Shown: positions 9,851 to 20,501 of the stretch, piece by piece
How positions within the stretch are numbered: position 1 is the stretch's first letter
Layout: every line of letters starts with the position of its first letter
DNA from: Nitrospirota bacterium
GTDB taxonomy: Bacteria > Nitrospirota > UBA9217
NCBI GenBank assembly: GCA_963663225.1
Contig: OY760142.1
Coordinates: 2,400,001 to 2,464,000, forward strand
DNA length: 64,000 nucleotides
Reading direction: 5' to 3'
Program-made: the position numbers and the translations under genes
Notes under the pieces: generated by a model
The model's database searches: none
What the model saw: the letters and a program-made list of their open reading frames with translations, nothing else
Told to the model about the DNA's origin: nothing

Positions 9851-10633
9851 TTGGCTTCGGAAAAAGCAGTGTTATCTGAAAATGTCCAGAAATACCTGCA
9901 AAAACTGGACTGGAAATCCGCTATTTTAGAAATGGAAAAATTATTTGCTGTTGATCCGGACCCCATCGTCCGTGTGCGCATCGGGGATGCGCGCCAGAAA
10001 CTCGACCAAAAAGTGGAAGCTGCAAGAGAGTACGTCAGGGCGGCAAATCTCTATGCGGAAAAAGGGTTTGTAGTGAAAGCTCTTGCATTGTATAAGCTGG
10101 CGCTGCGACTCGATCCAGCGAATAAACAGGCCCAATCGCACATGGAATCACTGCATTCCAATAAAACCATCAGTGAACGAAAAACCGAACCCGTTGAGGC
10201 CGGTGCTTCGACGCCGGTGCGGAGCGTCATTCCGCTTTTCTCAGATTTCACCCAGCAGGAGTTCAATGAATTCACAAAACGCATGATTATTTCGACTGTT
10301 CCGGCTGGGAAAAAAATTATACGGGAAGGGGAGGCGGGAAATTCCATTTATGTTCTTACCCGCGGGGGAGTCCAGGTGTATGCGACCATTCAAGGAAAAA
10401 AAGTCGATCTTGCCGTTCTCCAACCGAGCGATTTCTTCGGAGAGATCGCGTTTCTTACCGGAAAGCCCAGAACAGCGACTGTCGAGACGACCGAGGAGTC
10501 GGATATACTCGAGATCGCTGAGGAGGATATACTGGATATGATCCAGAAAAGCCCGCGGATACGGGAAGTTCTCCAGAACTACCACACCATGCGCCTCCAG
10601 AGCACGCTTGAAAAGGTGAAAGAAGTTTTGTAG
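9851..10633 (+). CDS. TPR-like + cyclic-nucleotide-binding domain protein (paralogue 1)
   Basis: N-terminal TPR-like helices; FFGEIAFLTGKPRTATV phosphate-binding cassette; TTG start aligned to paralogue 2. Confidence 0.85.
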   Translation: MASEKAVLSENVQKYLQKLDWKSAILEMEKLFAVDPDPIVRVRIGDARQKLDQKVEAAREYVRAANLYAEKGFVVKALALYKLALRLDPANKQAQSHMESLHSNKTISERKTEPVEAGASTPVRSVIPLFSDFTQQEFNEFTKRMIISTVPAGKKIIREGEAGNSIYVLTRGGVQVYATIQGKKVDLAVLQPSDFFGEIAFLTGKPRTATVETTEESDILEIAEEDILDMIQKSPRIREVLQNYHTMRLQSTLEKVKEVL

Positions 10634-10681
10634 CGCCTGTTTGTCCTGTTCAAATTTTGTCCAGAAACGGAGATACCTTAT

Positions 10682-11470
10682 ATGGCGTCGGAAAAGGCGC
10701 AGTTGATCGAAGCGATCCAGAACTACGTGAGCAAAGCCAATTATAAGGCAGCCATTCCGGAAATGGAGAAACTGTTTACGCTTGATCCTGATCCCATCAT
10801 CAGGGTTCGCATGGGCGACGCCTATCAAAAGCTTAATCAGAAGTCTGATGCCGTGAAAGAATATATCCGCGCCGCAGACTTATATGCACAAGGCGGAGCT
10901 GTGGTCAAGTCCCTTGCCCAGTATAAGCTGGCGCTGCGGCTCGAACCGGGAAACAAACAGGCTCAGGAGCGGATCGAAGGTCTCCATGCAAACAAAACGG
11001 TGAAGGAAAGCAGGGTGGAGACTGAGGCCAAGACAGTGCAAAAGCCGGATAACAGTGTTTTGCCGCTCTTTGCACGGTTTTCGCAGGATGAGTTTAATGC
11101 GTTTACAAAAGTGATGAATGTCCATCCGCTTCCCGGAGGATTTCCCATAGTACAGCAGAATGATACCGGCAAATCCGTTTATATTATCGCAGGCGGGTCC
11201 GTCAAGGTCTACACAACACTGATGTCCGGTGAACGGGTGGATCTTGCCATGCTCCGGCCCGGTGACTTTTTCGGTGAAATATCTTTTCTGACCGGTAAGC
11301 CGCGCACCGCTACCGTGGAGACGGCAGAGGATTCGATCATCCTTGAGGTGACCGAGGACAAATTGCGCGAAATTATCTCGCAAAAACCAAGAATTAGAGA
11401 AGTACTGCAAAAATATTCCGAAATCCGCTCTAAAGGCACAGCCGAAAAAATTCAGGAAACAAATAAATAA
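10682..11470 (+). CDS. TPR-like + cyclic-nucleotide-binding domain protein (paralogue 2)
   Basis: Collinear with paralogue 1; FFGEISFLTGKPRTATV. Confidence 0.85.
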   Translation: MASEKAQLIEAIQNYVSKANYKAAIPEMEKLFTLDPDPIIRVRMGDAYQKLNQKSDAVKEYIRAADLYAQGGAVVKSLAQYKLALRLEPGNKQAQERIEGLHANKTVKESRVETEAKTVQKPDNSVLPLFARFSQDEFNAFTKVMNVHPLPGGFPIVQQNDTGKSVYIIAGGSVKVYTTLMSGERVDLAMLRPGDFFGEISFLTGKPRTATVETAEDSIILEVTEDKLREIISQKPRIREVLQKYSEIRSKGTAEKIQETNK

Positions 11471-11495
11471 CGCTCCCCTCACCGTGGAGGCGCTT

Positions 11496-12308
11496 ATGCT
11501 CCGTCAGCCGGCAGTCGCAGGTCGCTTTTATAATGGCACTTCGGAATCATTGCGGAAACAGGTGCAGAACTATGTTTTCCCGGTGGCCGACCGGAAAAAG
11601 GTTTTGGGCATACTCTCCCCTCATGCGGGCCTGATGTATTCCGGACCGGTGGCAGGCGCCGTGTACTCCAGTATTATAATCCCGGATAGTGTCGTATTGA
11701 TCGGACCGAACCATACCGGTCTCGGTTCCCCGGTGTCAATTATGACCGAAGGGGACTGGGAAACACCCCTCGGAAAAGTGAGTATCGATCAGCCGTTGGC
11801 ATGTTCCATTCTTGCAAAATCACCACGCATTCGGGAGGATTCACTTGCTCATCTGCACGAGCACTCCCTTGAAGTCCAACTCCCCTTTATTCAGTTTTGC
11901 ACGGATTCTTTCAGCATGGTGCCGATCCAGATGCTGGACGTAAAACTCGACACCTGCCTGGAAGTCGGAAAGGCGATTGCGGAAGCTATACAAGAACAAA
12001 ACAAGAAGGCTGGTGAAGTGCTGATTGTGGCCAGTTCGGACATGAGCCATTATGAGCGTGCTGAATCTGCGCGGGAAAAAGATCTCAAGGCAATCCAGCA
12101 CGTTCTGGACCTCGATCCCCAGGGGCTGTATCGGACGGTAAAGAATTACGGCATCACCATGTGCGGATACGGACCCGCAGTTGCCATGCTTGCTGCAACG
12201 AAACTCCTCGGCGCGACACACGCGTCACTTATCAAATATGCAAATTCCGGCGACGTGAGCGGTGACTACGAGCAGGTTGTCGGATATGCCGGCGCTATCA
12301 TTATGTAA
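11496..12308 (+). CDS. AmmeMemoRadiSam system protein B (MEMO1 family)
   Basis: RQPAVAG.FY, PHAG.MYSG, GPNH, EHSLEVQLPF, SSDMSHY, MCG, VVGYA. Confidence 0.92.
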   Translation: MLRQPAVAGRFYNGTSESLRKQVQNYVFPVADRKKVLGILSPHAGLMYSGPVAGAVYSSIIIPDSVVLIGPNHTGLGSPVSIMTEGDWETPLGKVSIDQPLACSILAKSPRIREDSLAHLHEHSLEVQLPFIQFCTDSFSMVPIQMLDVKLDTCLEVGKAIAEAIQEQNKKAGEVLIVASSDMSHYERAESAREKDLKAIQHVLDLDPQGLYRTVKNYGITMCGYGPAVAMLAATKLLGATHASLIKYANSGDVSGDYEQVVGYAGAIIM

Positions 12309-12391
12309 TCCATTTCACATTCGGTAACCTACTATCCCTCGCGGCTATTCTGAGACAAGTCCATCTAACTGAAAAATAGCATTACCATTAT

Positions 12392-12407
12392 TGGTATGTA
12401 TGTTGCA
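12392..12407 (+). promoter_or_regulatory. Sigma54 (-24/-12) promoter of minor-pilin operon 1
   Basis: TGGTATGTATGTTGCA fits TGGCACG-N4-TTGCW with exact GG-N10-GC spacing. Confidence 0.7.
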
Positions 12408-12478
12408 TTAACTAGCAGCATGTTTTAACGGCTGCATAAGTATCCATTTCTGCTAAAACTAGAAAAGGCTGATGCAAT

Positions 12479-12916
12479 ATGCTTAATACGTTACGCTGTT
12501 CAAATAAGGAGCAAGGTGGTTTTACTTTACTGGAACTGTTGATAGCTTTAACGATTCTGGCTATCGGATTGTTGGCTTTGGCCGCCATGCAGGGTGTCGC
12601 CATTAATTCCAATTCAGTTGCAAACAAGCAAACTGTGCATAGCATGCTGGCACAACAAGCGGTTGAAGATATTGCTTCCTATGCTTATTCTGATGGAATT
12701 TTTAGCAGTACCGTATCAGGGGCTACCTATTCAACCATGGTCGTAACAGGCGCTGGGACATATAACGCAACGTATGCTGTCAACTTGGCGCCGGTTATTA
12801 CAGATAATCTCGCCACGAGTGCAACGCAAACGACGTTGGCAAGCATCAAGGTAACAGTGACTCATAATGCTTCCGGTAATTCGAAATCTTATACGGTATT
12901 GAAACTGGTGAAATAA
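12479..12916 (+). CDS. pilV: Type IV minor pilin PilV-like (cluster 1)
   Basis: Prepilin cleavage motif GG/FTLLELLIAL..LAIGLL.LA.MQ. Confidence 0.82.
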   Translation: MLNTLRCSNKEQGGFTLLELLIALTILAIGLLALAAMQGVAINSNSVANKQTVHSMLAQQAVEDIASYAYSDGIFSSTVSGATYSTMVVTGAGTYNATYAVNLAPVITDNLATSATQTTLASIKVTVTHNASGNSKSYTVLKLVK

Positions 12917-12917
12917 A

Positions 12918-13880
12918 ATGAACAAAGCATCCATAACAAGTCTTCGAGGGTTTACCATCATTGAACTGTTGATGGTCACCGTCATGGTCGGCCTTATAAT
13001 AGGGACTATTTATTCCTTGTACATTACGCATCAGCGGAGCGCATATATTCAAGATGAAGTTGTGGAGGTCCAGCAGAATCTGAGAATAGCGATGGACAGT
13101 ATGGCGCGGGACATCAGGATGGCCGGTTTTCTGGCTTCGGGAAATACCGTGAGCACCACTAGCAGTCACGAGTCTGGACCATCATCAACGGCTTATCTTT
13201 CTTCAGAATACCAAGTGCCTTCTGATAAACTTGCCTTGAATGGAGGAACTGGTCTTGGATCGTCTATTGCAACGGTTTTGACAGCGGTAACGGCACTCTC
13301 CGCTCCAATTCCGGTGGATTCCGTTTATCTTCCAGATGGCACTCAGAAATTTTTAGTCAATAATGCCGTTACCGTCATAAGGCAACAGAACAAGGCACAA
13401 CCTGGAGGCACGAATGTCGCCTTTAGGGTATCAAACGTGGATACAGCTAACTCTACAATAACTCTTTCAGGAACTCTTTCCGGCAGCTTTATAGTAGGCG
13501 ACATAATAATTAAATTGGCTGACACCTATGATGGAAGCACCACCTATCCTGCTACAAGCACGATTACATATTTTCTTGCAGGTCATTCCGATTACTCGGA
13601 CTGTCCTGCCGGTACCGATCAGATGTGTCTTATTAGGATTGACAGCAGTGACAGTAATGGTGCCCAGGTTGTCGCCCAAAATATCGCAAGTGTTAAATTT
13701 TCCTACTTAATGGACAGCGATTCCAGTACACAAGAGTATTCCAGCCCGTCTTCCTATGGCAAAATACGAGCAGTCAGAGTGAGGCTTTTCGGCCAAACAG
13801 TATCAACGAAAGCACTTTCCGGAGGAACACCAAAAATCCGGATGCTGGAATCAGTGATTCATTTCAGGAACAGGTCATAA
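12918..13880 (+). CDS. pilW: Type IV minor pilin PilW-like (cluster 1)
   Basis: G/FTIIELL, VQQNLRIAMD.M.RDIRMAG, C-terminal IRAVRV.L. Confidence 0.85.
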   Translation: MNKASITSLRGFTIIELLMVTVMVGLIIGTIYSLYITHQRSAYIQDEVVEVQQNLRIAMDSMARDIRMAGFLASGNTVSTTSSHESGPSSTAYLSSEYQVPSDKLALNGGTGLGSSIATVLTAVTALSAPIPVDSVYLPDGTQKFLVNNAVTVIRQQNKAQPGGTNVAFRVSNVDTANSTITLSGTLSGSFIVGDIIIKLADTYDGSTTYPATSTITYFLAGHSDYSDCPAGTDQMCLIRIDSSDSNGAQVVAQNIASVKFSYLMDSDSSTQEYSSPSSYGKIRAVRVRLFGQTVSTKALSGGTPKIRMLESVIHFRNRS

Positions 13881-13890
13881 GAGAGAGAAT

Positions 13891-14409
13891 ATGGTGACTC
13901 ACAAAGAAAAAAATTATCCAAGCAGTTTTTCAGTTCCTCAAAATATAGGGCTACGAAATGAACGCGGCATCGCCCTGATAATAGTTCTGGGAGTTTTGGT
14001 TTTGCTTACTATTTTGGGAGCATGGGTCTTGAATACTTCATCGACTGATCTGCGTATTGCAGGCAATGCAAGGAATTATCAACTCGCATTGTATTATGCG
14101 GAATCGGGTCTCGAATATGCGAAAACCCCTGTTCCGCTCAAAACAGCACAGAGCGCAGGCTCACAGTATGCATGGAAGATGAGTTTGTCTACTGGCGAAA
14201 CTGCGACTGGCAATACGAGGTATGTAGCAATCGTAGATATTCCTGCTGCATCTTCCTCGGGGAGTAGCGTGACAGAAGCAAACACGGGTGAATCGAGCAG
14301 CTATAAAGGACTTTATTATATTATAAATTCTTTTGGCACTAGCAATAATGCAAAGGTTATCATTCAGGATGGTATACAGGAGATGACGTTAGTTTCTACT
14401 ACAAATTAA
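13891..14409 (+). CDS. pilX: Type IV minor pilin PilX-like (cluster 1)
   Basis: NERG/IALIIVL without Glu5, IAGN, A.Y.AESG. Confidence 0.82.
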   Translation: MVTHKEKNYPSSFSVPQNIGLRNERGIALIIVLGVLVLLTILGAWVLNTSSTDLRIAGNARNYQLALYYAESGLEYAKTPVPLKTAQSAGSQYAWKMSLSTGETATGNTRYVAIVDIPAASSSGSSVTEANTGESSSYKGLYYIINSFGTSNNAKVIIQDGIQEMTLVSTTN

Positions 14410-14446
14410 TTAACTGTCATCTCCCGTTGAGCTATGGAGGTTTATC

Positions 14447-14839
14447 GTGAAAAAGCTTTTCTTTATTCCAGCTATAGTTTTTCTTATCGGAGTATTTGTA
14501 AATATCGGTTTTGCTTCGGAGCAGAAAAGCTCCAAAGGAGTTACCGTTCAGGTCGGTGCCCAGTACAATCCGGCCATAAAATATGCCGGGGACTATCGAT
14601 CTGATCTGCTGTTTTTTAAACCCAATGCAGGAAAATACTGGCGTCGTATCCCTCGCTTTGACCGTTTAAAATATGTTACCTGCTCCGATACCACTGCTGC
14701 GCTTCAAAAAGAAGGCATATGGGAAGGGCATTTGAGGTTGAAAGACGGTTCCTGCTCATCATCAGATGAACCGTCAAGCTGGGCTTTGGGGAACAGATTG
14801 AATTTTGACGAACAGATAAATCAGCTCGAATCCAACTAA
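14447..14839 (+). CDS. Small secreted 2-Cys protein resembling the PilY1 vWA-inserted subdomain (cluster 1)
   Basis: Sec signal peptide, GGAGG SD; paralogue of 22826..23206. Confidence 0.8.
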   Translation: MKKLFFIPAIVFLIGVFVNIGFASEQKSSKGVTVQVGAQYNPAIKYAGDYRSDLLFFKPNAGKYWRRIPRFDRLKYVTCSDTTAALQKEGIWEGHLRLKDGSCSSSDEPSSWALGNRLNFDEQINQLESN

Positions 14840-14906
14840 AAAAGCTTTAAAGCATGGATTGACTCTATTCATAAAATTATTCTGAAGTCGTTGTGAGGGA
14901 GAATAT

Positions 14907-17900
14907 ATGCTAAAGAAAGAGATCTTTTTTGCCGCGTTGCTTGTTTTAACGCTTGCAATAGGGGTTTCCCCTAGATATGCAGTAGCTACCCCGGATCAGT
15001 TTGTTGGTGACAGCGCAATTTATGGCGGACAGCCTACCGTTCTTCAGCCAAATGTTCTCATTATTATTGATACAACAGGCAGTATGGCAGATCCTCCTAC
15101 TTCTTCCGGCACCACAACGACTGTCAACTATAGCTCAAGTACAACGTTTGACAAAACTCCTAACTGCTATGATTCAAGTGGTTTGATAGGATATTGTGAT
15201 CCTACTGTTGTTTATGATGCTTCATATAATTACTTCAATTCTTCGGTCAGTAATATCACGACGTCGTGTTTTGGCAGTAATCCTCAGAGCAGTCTTTCTA
15301 CCTATGGCTACTACAATGGTTATAAGCTGAACTCAGACGGCAGCTGTTGTACGAAAACAACAGGATCAGGTTCTAGCAAGAAGACAACTAACTGCGGTTC
15401 CGCTCAATATCAAATTGGGAATTATATCAACTGGGTGTATGACTATAACCAGTCGAACGCATTGAGCAAACTCGAGATTGCACAAAGCGTAATTGGAACT
15501 CTTATTATGTCTACAAGCTCGGTAAAATTCGGGCTTATGGGATTTCGTTATCTCAGTGGTGCCAATAAAGGGGCGACATTGGTCAGCGCGACCGTGTCCA
15601 GCGGCACTTATATATCTGAAGTAAAAGATATGGATACGATATTTACCGGAACGGTTACGAACAGAGAAGCATTGGTCCAGACATTAAACACGCTCACTGC
15701 ACAAGGCGGAACGCCGCTTGGTACGTCTCTTTTTGAAGCGCTCCGTTATTTTCAGGGTGGCGCATCTCTCTCAGGCTCATCAATAGGAATAACAAGCGGC
15801 GTTTATACTACTCCCATAGAATATGGATGTCAGAAAAACTATGTTATTTTTATAACGGATGGCATGTCTAATTCCGACAGCAGTTCTGTGCTGACAAGCA
15901 CGATTTATAACACCTACAGCAGTTACGACGGGACTGCCGGAAGCGCCTACAAAAGCAACATCAATCATTCACTTGCCGGTGTCGCTAAGTATATGTATGA
16001 GCATGATCTGCTGTCCGGTGTAACCGGAACTCAAAATGTAACCACGTATACGATCGGATTTGGATTAAGCTCCACGAGCTCGGATGAAGCTGAAGGAATA
16101 GCTCTTCTCCAGTTGGCTGCGGACAGTTCACACGGTCGCGGCGCATATTACGCGGCGACAAGCGCACAAACTTTGAGCAAAGCCTTGACATCCGTGATTT
16201 CACAAATATTTACTGTGAATACATCATTTGTGGCGCCGGTGGTCCCGGTAAACCCCCAGAACAATGTTTATAGCGGGGAACGAGTATACATGGGCTTTTT
16301 TAAACCTGAATCAGGAGCAGATTGGGCCGGAAATCTTAAAAAATATGCCCTTGCCTCATATACAACTTCAACAACAACATATTACAGTCAGGTTGTCGAT
16401 GTCAACGGCAGCCTGGCAACATATGTTGACGAAAATGGAGATGGATATGATGATCGTGACGGCCTTGCCCTGCCGAGCGGTACGAGCAACGGCGGATTCA
16501 GAGCTACGGTGCCTAATGTTGCAAAATCGTTCTGGAGCGCAACCGCAGATGGAAGTGATGTGATGTCCGGAGGTGTCGGTGCACTATTGTATTCGCGGTC
16601 CAATGCAATTAGCTGCTCGACATGCAGTATAACCGGTACTCCCCGTAAGATTTATACATATCTGGGAAGCAGTACTGATTTGACGAATTCAACGAATCTT
16701 TTTAATGTTTCAAACTCTAATATAACCGCAACCATCCTGGGATTGCCCGGTTCAATTATTTCAACCTCAACGACAACTGATGTAAAACAACTTATTAATT
16801 ATGTCCATGGTTTTGACGTATATGATGATAACTCAAATGGGAGCTCTACTGATAAAAGGAGCTGGTCCCTTGGTGATATACTCCATTCAAAACCACAAGT
16901 AATAAGTTATGCATCGTATTCATTCGATGCGGCCAACGAGGCAAATTGTACAAAAAATAAAACCATAATTTATGTTGGATCGAATGACGGAATGCTTCAT
17001 GCCTTTAATGACTGTGACGGCAGCGAGGCATGGGCTTTTATTCCTCCTGATCTGCTGAGCACGCTTCAATATCTGCGGGATACGACCCATACGTACTTCG
17101 TGGATAATAGCGTCCAATCGTATGTTTACGACGCAAATAAAAATGGAACTATCGATTCCGGAGATAAAGTAATTCTTATTGTCGGGCTGAGAAGAGGCGG
17201 AGGAGTGATGAACTCGACCCCAACAGCTGGTTTTTATTATGCACTTGACGTTACGGATCCATCCGCGCCAAAATATATGTGGAAAATTTCGAATGCCGCG
17301 ACGGGATTCACGGATATGGGCGAAGCATGGAGCGACGCAAAGTTATCTAAAATTCTGGTTGGTTCATCAGTAAAAGAAGCCATGTTCATTGGCGGCGGAT
17401 ATGATAACTGCAATGAGGATTCGCGTTTTGGGTCCACACAGATGTTTACCGGTACGTGCGTGACCGTGACGGCAACCACGGACGGCGGTGTTGACAGCAG
17501 CGGTAATCCGATCACGAGTTCAGGATCAGCACTCGTAAGCAGTCTTACATCGACCAACTATAAAGGAAGATCTGTTTATCTAGTTGAATTGGCGACCCTG
17601 AACAGCGGAGTCCCGGATTTTTCAAATAGCGGCAGTAAAATATGGGGCTATACTATGACCGGATCTCCTGCGCTTGAATTCTCGATGGTGAGCGACATGG
17701 CACTCATAGATAGCAACTATGATGGCTATGTTGATCGTGCCTATATGGGGGACTCAGGCGGCAATATGTGGCGATTTGATCTTACAGATACCAGTACTGC
17801 TAATTGGAAAGTCACCAAGATATTCAGCGCAAATCCCGGCTACACGAATTATGCATCTGATGGTTCAAACGGCAGAAAAATATTTTACAGACCATCAGTT

Positions 17901-18644
17901 GTTATAGCAGGCACGACAGTAACGATGAATGGCAAAACGCAGGCCATGGCGAGACTTTATTTCGGGACAGGTGACAGAGAGCATCCGTTGAACAGGGCCG
18001 TGGTTGATCGCTTCTATGAAGTCCTCGACAAAGGACAGTTGTCAGCGGTAACAGAAGCGAAATTAGTGGATGTTACAGATGATCTCCTCCAGACCGGGAC
18101 CGATACGCAAGTTTCAGCAGAATATGCAAGACTGAGCGAAAAAGAAGACTCTACCAATACAAATTATTACGGCTGGTATATCAGGCTCAATAGCGGAGAT
18201 AGAACAACGCAGGTTCTCTGCAACGGTGTGGCCTGTCCCGGTGAAAAGGTGTTGGCACAACCCACGGTCTATAATGGTGTGGTCTATTTTACGACGTATG
18301 CTCCGACAACAGATACGTCCAGTTCAGATCCTTGCAGCACGGGAAATCTCGGTACGGGTTACACCTATGCGGTAAAATATTGGAGCGGTGCTTCTGTTTA
18401 TAATTACGATACGTCTAACGACTCTCTCTATAGCAGCTACAAAAGTAATTCCTATGCAACCAGCTCAGGTTCCAGTAATGTTCTATTGCGGACTGATCGT
18501 CACGTGGCGCTGTCGAGCGGAATACCATCCAGTGTTGTTGTTGTGCCTGGGCAGTCACCCTTAATCGGATGTGGCGGTGGACTTTGTACGACAAACCTGT
18601 CCACGGGTTCGCGCGTTTTAAATATTTATTGGCGTGCTAATTAA
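14907..18644 (+). CDS. pilY1: PilY1/PilC pilus tip adhesin (cluster 1)
   Basis: Signal peptide, vWA MIDAS-like DTTGSM, TPL, ITDG, LGDILHS, GSNDGMLHAF, Ca-loop DSNYDGYVD, FGTGD. Confidence 0.92.
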   Translation: MLKKEIFFAALLVLTLAIGVSPRYAVATPDQFVGDSAIYGGQPTVLQPNVLIIIDTTGSMADPPTSSGTTTTVNYSSSTTFDKTPNCYDSSGLIGYCDPTVVYDASYNYFNSSVSNITTSCFGSNPQSSLSTYGYYNGYKLNSDGSCCTKTTGSGSSKKTTNCGSAQYQIGNYINWVYDYNQSNALSKLEIAQSVIGTLIMSTSSVKFGLMGFRYLSGANKGATLVSATVSSGTYISEVKDMDTIFTGTVTNREALVQTLNTLTAQGGTPLGTSLFEALRYFQGGASLSGSSIGITSGVYTTPIEYGCQKNYVIFITDGMSNSDSSSVLTSTIYNTYSSYDGTAGSAYKSNINHSLAGVAKYMYEHDLLSGVTGTQNVTTYTIGFGLSSTSSDEAEGIALLQLAADSSHGRGAYYAATSAQTLSKALTSVISQIFTVNTSFVAPVVPVNPQNNVYSGERVYMGFFKPESGADWAGNLKKYALASYTTSTTTYYSQVVDVNGSLATYVDENGDGYDDRDGLALPSGTSNGGFRATVPNVAKSFWSATADGSDVMSGGVGALLYSRSNAISCSTCSITGTPRKIYTYLGSSTDLTNSTNLFNVSNSNITATILGLPGSIISTSTTTDVKQLINYVHGFDVYDDNSNGSSTDKRSWSLGDILHSKPQVISYASYSFDAANEANCTKNKTIIYVGSNDGMLHAFNDCDGSEAWAFIPPDLLSTLQYLRDTTHTYFVDNSVQSYVYDANKNGTIDSGDKVILIVGLRRGGGVMNSTPTAGFYYALDVTDPSAPKYMWKISNAATGFTDMGEAWSDAKLSKILVGSSVKEAMFIGGGYDNCNEDSRFGSTQMFTGTCVTVTATTDGGVDSSGNPITSSGSALVSSLTSTNYKGRSVYLVELATLNSGVPDFSNSGSKIWGYTMTGSPALEFSMVSDMALIDSNYDGYVDRAYMGDSGGNMWRFDLTDTSTANWKVTKIFSANPGYTNYASDGSNGRKIFYRPSVVIAGTTVTMNGKTQAMARLYFGTGDREHPLNRAVVDRFYEVLDKGQLSAVTEAKLVDVTDDLLQTGTDTQVSAEYARLSEKEDSTNTNYYGWYIRLNSGDRTTQVLCNGVACPGEKVLAQPTVYNGVVYFTTYAPTTDTSSSDPCSTGNLGTGYTYAVKYWSGASVYNYDTSNDSLYSSYKSNSYATSSGSSNVLLRTDRHVALSSGIPSSVVVVPGQSPLIGCGGGLCTTNLSTGSRVLNIYWRAN

Positions 18645-18672
18645 CGTATTCGTATGACACATGTAGTAAACG

Positions 18673-19611
18673 ATGAGGAAGATACAAAAATATCAGATTC
18701 TAATCATACTATTCTTAATAATAGTGTTGCCTTCGTGTCTTCGGGAAGAAATAAATACTCGAAGGGGCATTACTTCCCAGACACGCGATAATGCTAAAGA
18801 TGGAATCACTACCTCGCAAGAGCAACTACCGCCTAGTATAACGGTCAGAGTGCTGCCTGAGATACCTACCGTGACGACTGACTTGCAGGTTGTGCATTCC
18901 GGACAGGGGACTGCATCTTATGAATGGCAGCGCAATGGACTGAACATTATTGGAGAAATGACGGATCGGCTTCCTAAAAGCTTATTTACTAAAAAGGACA
19001 CGATCGCCGTGATAGTGCGAGCGGATAACGGTGTGGGTACCGCTTCGGTTGTTATAGCTAATAGCCTGCCTCGTGTTGAATCGGTACCGTTTCATAATGC
19101 CGGTATTTCTGCTGGAAATGATATTACTGTCAAACCAATAGGTTTTGATCCCGATGGCGATACTGTTACCTTCCATTATAAGTGGTCAGTCAATGGGCAA
19201 GATCAGCCGGAAGATTCTCCAACATTGCCCGGTGACAGGTTTAAACGAGGAGATACTGTGTCCTTAACCGTAATCCCTTGTGATCTGGATGGAGAAGGGC
19301 AGGCATTTATTTCAAAACCAATGGTCATCCCGGATGCGCTGCCGCGGATAGTTTCACATCCTTCCCAGCATTTGGGTGGTCCAACGTATACCTATCAGGT
19401 TATAGCAGAAGATCCTGATGGAGGCTCTATACGATATTCTTTGGCATCTGCCCCGACAGGAATGGTCATTAACAATAACACAGGATTAATAACATGGCAA
19501 TTGGGTCCGCAGTCTGAAGGATCGCATCAAATCGAAATAGTAGTCGAAAAGCAAAACAACATGAAAAGCAGTCAAAAATATACGCTTGCCATTAGATTTG
19601 AGGGCAAATAA
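18673..19611 (+). CDS. Lipoprotein with three Ig-like/cadherin-like domains (cluster 1)
   Basis: Lipobox LPSC; DPDGD...Y.W..NG repeats; C-terminal He_PIG-like YSL..AP.GM.I...TG.ITW. Confidence 0.78.
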   Translation: MRKIQKYQILIILFLIIVLPSCLREEINTRRGITSQTRDNAKDGITTSQEQLPPSITVRVLPEIPTVTTDLQVVHSGQGTASYEWQRNGLNIIGEMTDRLPKSLFTKKDTIAVIVRADNGVGTASVVIANSLPRVESVPFHNAGISAGNDITVKPIGFDPDGDTVTFHYKWSVNGQDQPEDSPTLPGDRFKRGDTVSLTVIPCDLDGEGQAFISKPMVIPDALPRIVSHPSQHLGGPTYTYQVIAEDPDGGSIRYSLASAPTGMVINNNTGLITWQLGPQSEGSHQIEIVVEKQNNMKSSQKYTLAIRFEGK

Positions 19612-20114
19612 TGAAGAACTCAAATGACCAAATACGATTACGATCGCCGAAAGGATTTACCTTAATAGAGATGTTTGTTGTCCTTTCAATTATTACCATT
19701 CTTATTACCATAGCGCTACCGAGTATCTGGCAATGGCGTGAGAATCTTGACGCGCGAACTACCGCACGTCAATTTGCTGAAATGCTTAGACAAGCAAGAA
19801 GTGATGCCATTACTACAAATCTTGAATATCAAGTCAAATTCGATGCGACAAACCGACGGTATGGCAAGAGGTCATCTTTCAATACGTCTCGCAACACTGA
19901 TTTTACACTAGCCTCTATTCCTGCGTTAACGAATTGGACAACGTATCCATCCTCGGTGGAAGCGACTCCTGCAGGAGAAACAAACATTCAATTTACACCA
20001 GATGGTGCTGCAAATTATACCGGAGCGAATACGATTTTTATCGTGAATACTAGGACAACTACGACGTACAGCGTAACAGTAGCAAAAAACGGACGCATTA
20101 GCGTGAATCGTTAG
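19611..20114 (+). CDS. fimU: FimT/FimU (GspH-like) minor pilin (cluster 1)
   Basis: KG/FTLIE, A.PS, L.QARS.AI, I.F.PDG, V...GRI. Confidence 0.82.
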   Translation: MKNSNDQIRLRSPKGFTLIEMFVVLSIITILITIALPSIWQWRENLDARTTARQFAEMLRQARSDAITTNLEYQVKFDATNRRYGKRSSFNTSRNTDFTLASIPALTNWTTYPSSVEATPAGETNIQFTPDGAANYTGANTIFIVNTRTTTTYSVTVAKNGRISVNR

Positions 20115-20501
20115 TTGTCTTATGACTGATTCAACCAGTTCATGATCTCGTTCTCATTGCTTTTCTGATAACCAACATATAATTAGATTTTATCTGACGT
20201 GGCTCTCGTCCTCTCTCCCAGACAATCTCAAAGGAATTACGCCGTAACAAACATATCTATCCTTCCGATTCGAACTCAACAATTTACATAATTGTTGAAC
20301 ATTAAAACTCTTAATATATTTTCCCTTTTGAAAAAATACGAACAACCTATCGACAAACACTTGTTGTGTTGTGCATCGCTGATGGTTTTATCGGACGGAT
20401 ACATTACAAATTGTGTAACTTATTACATATTTAGGAAAGCATTTGCCGATGACGACTACCTAAATTTCTTATATCTATTTGAAAAATAATAAAATTTATG
20501 A

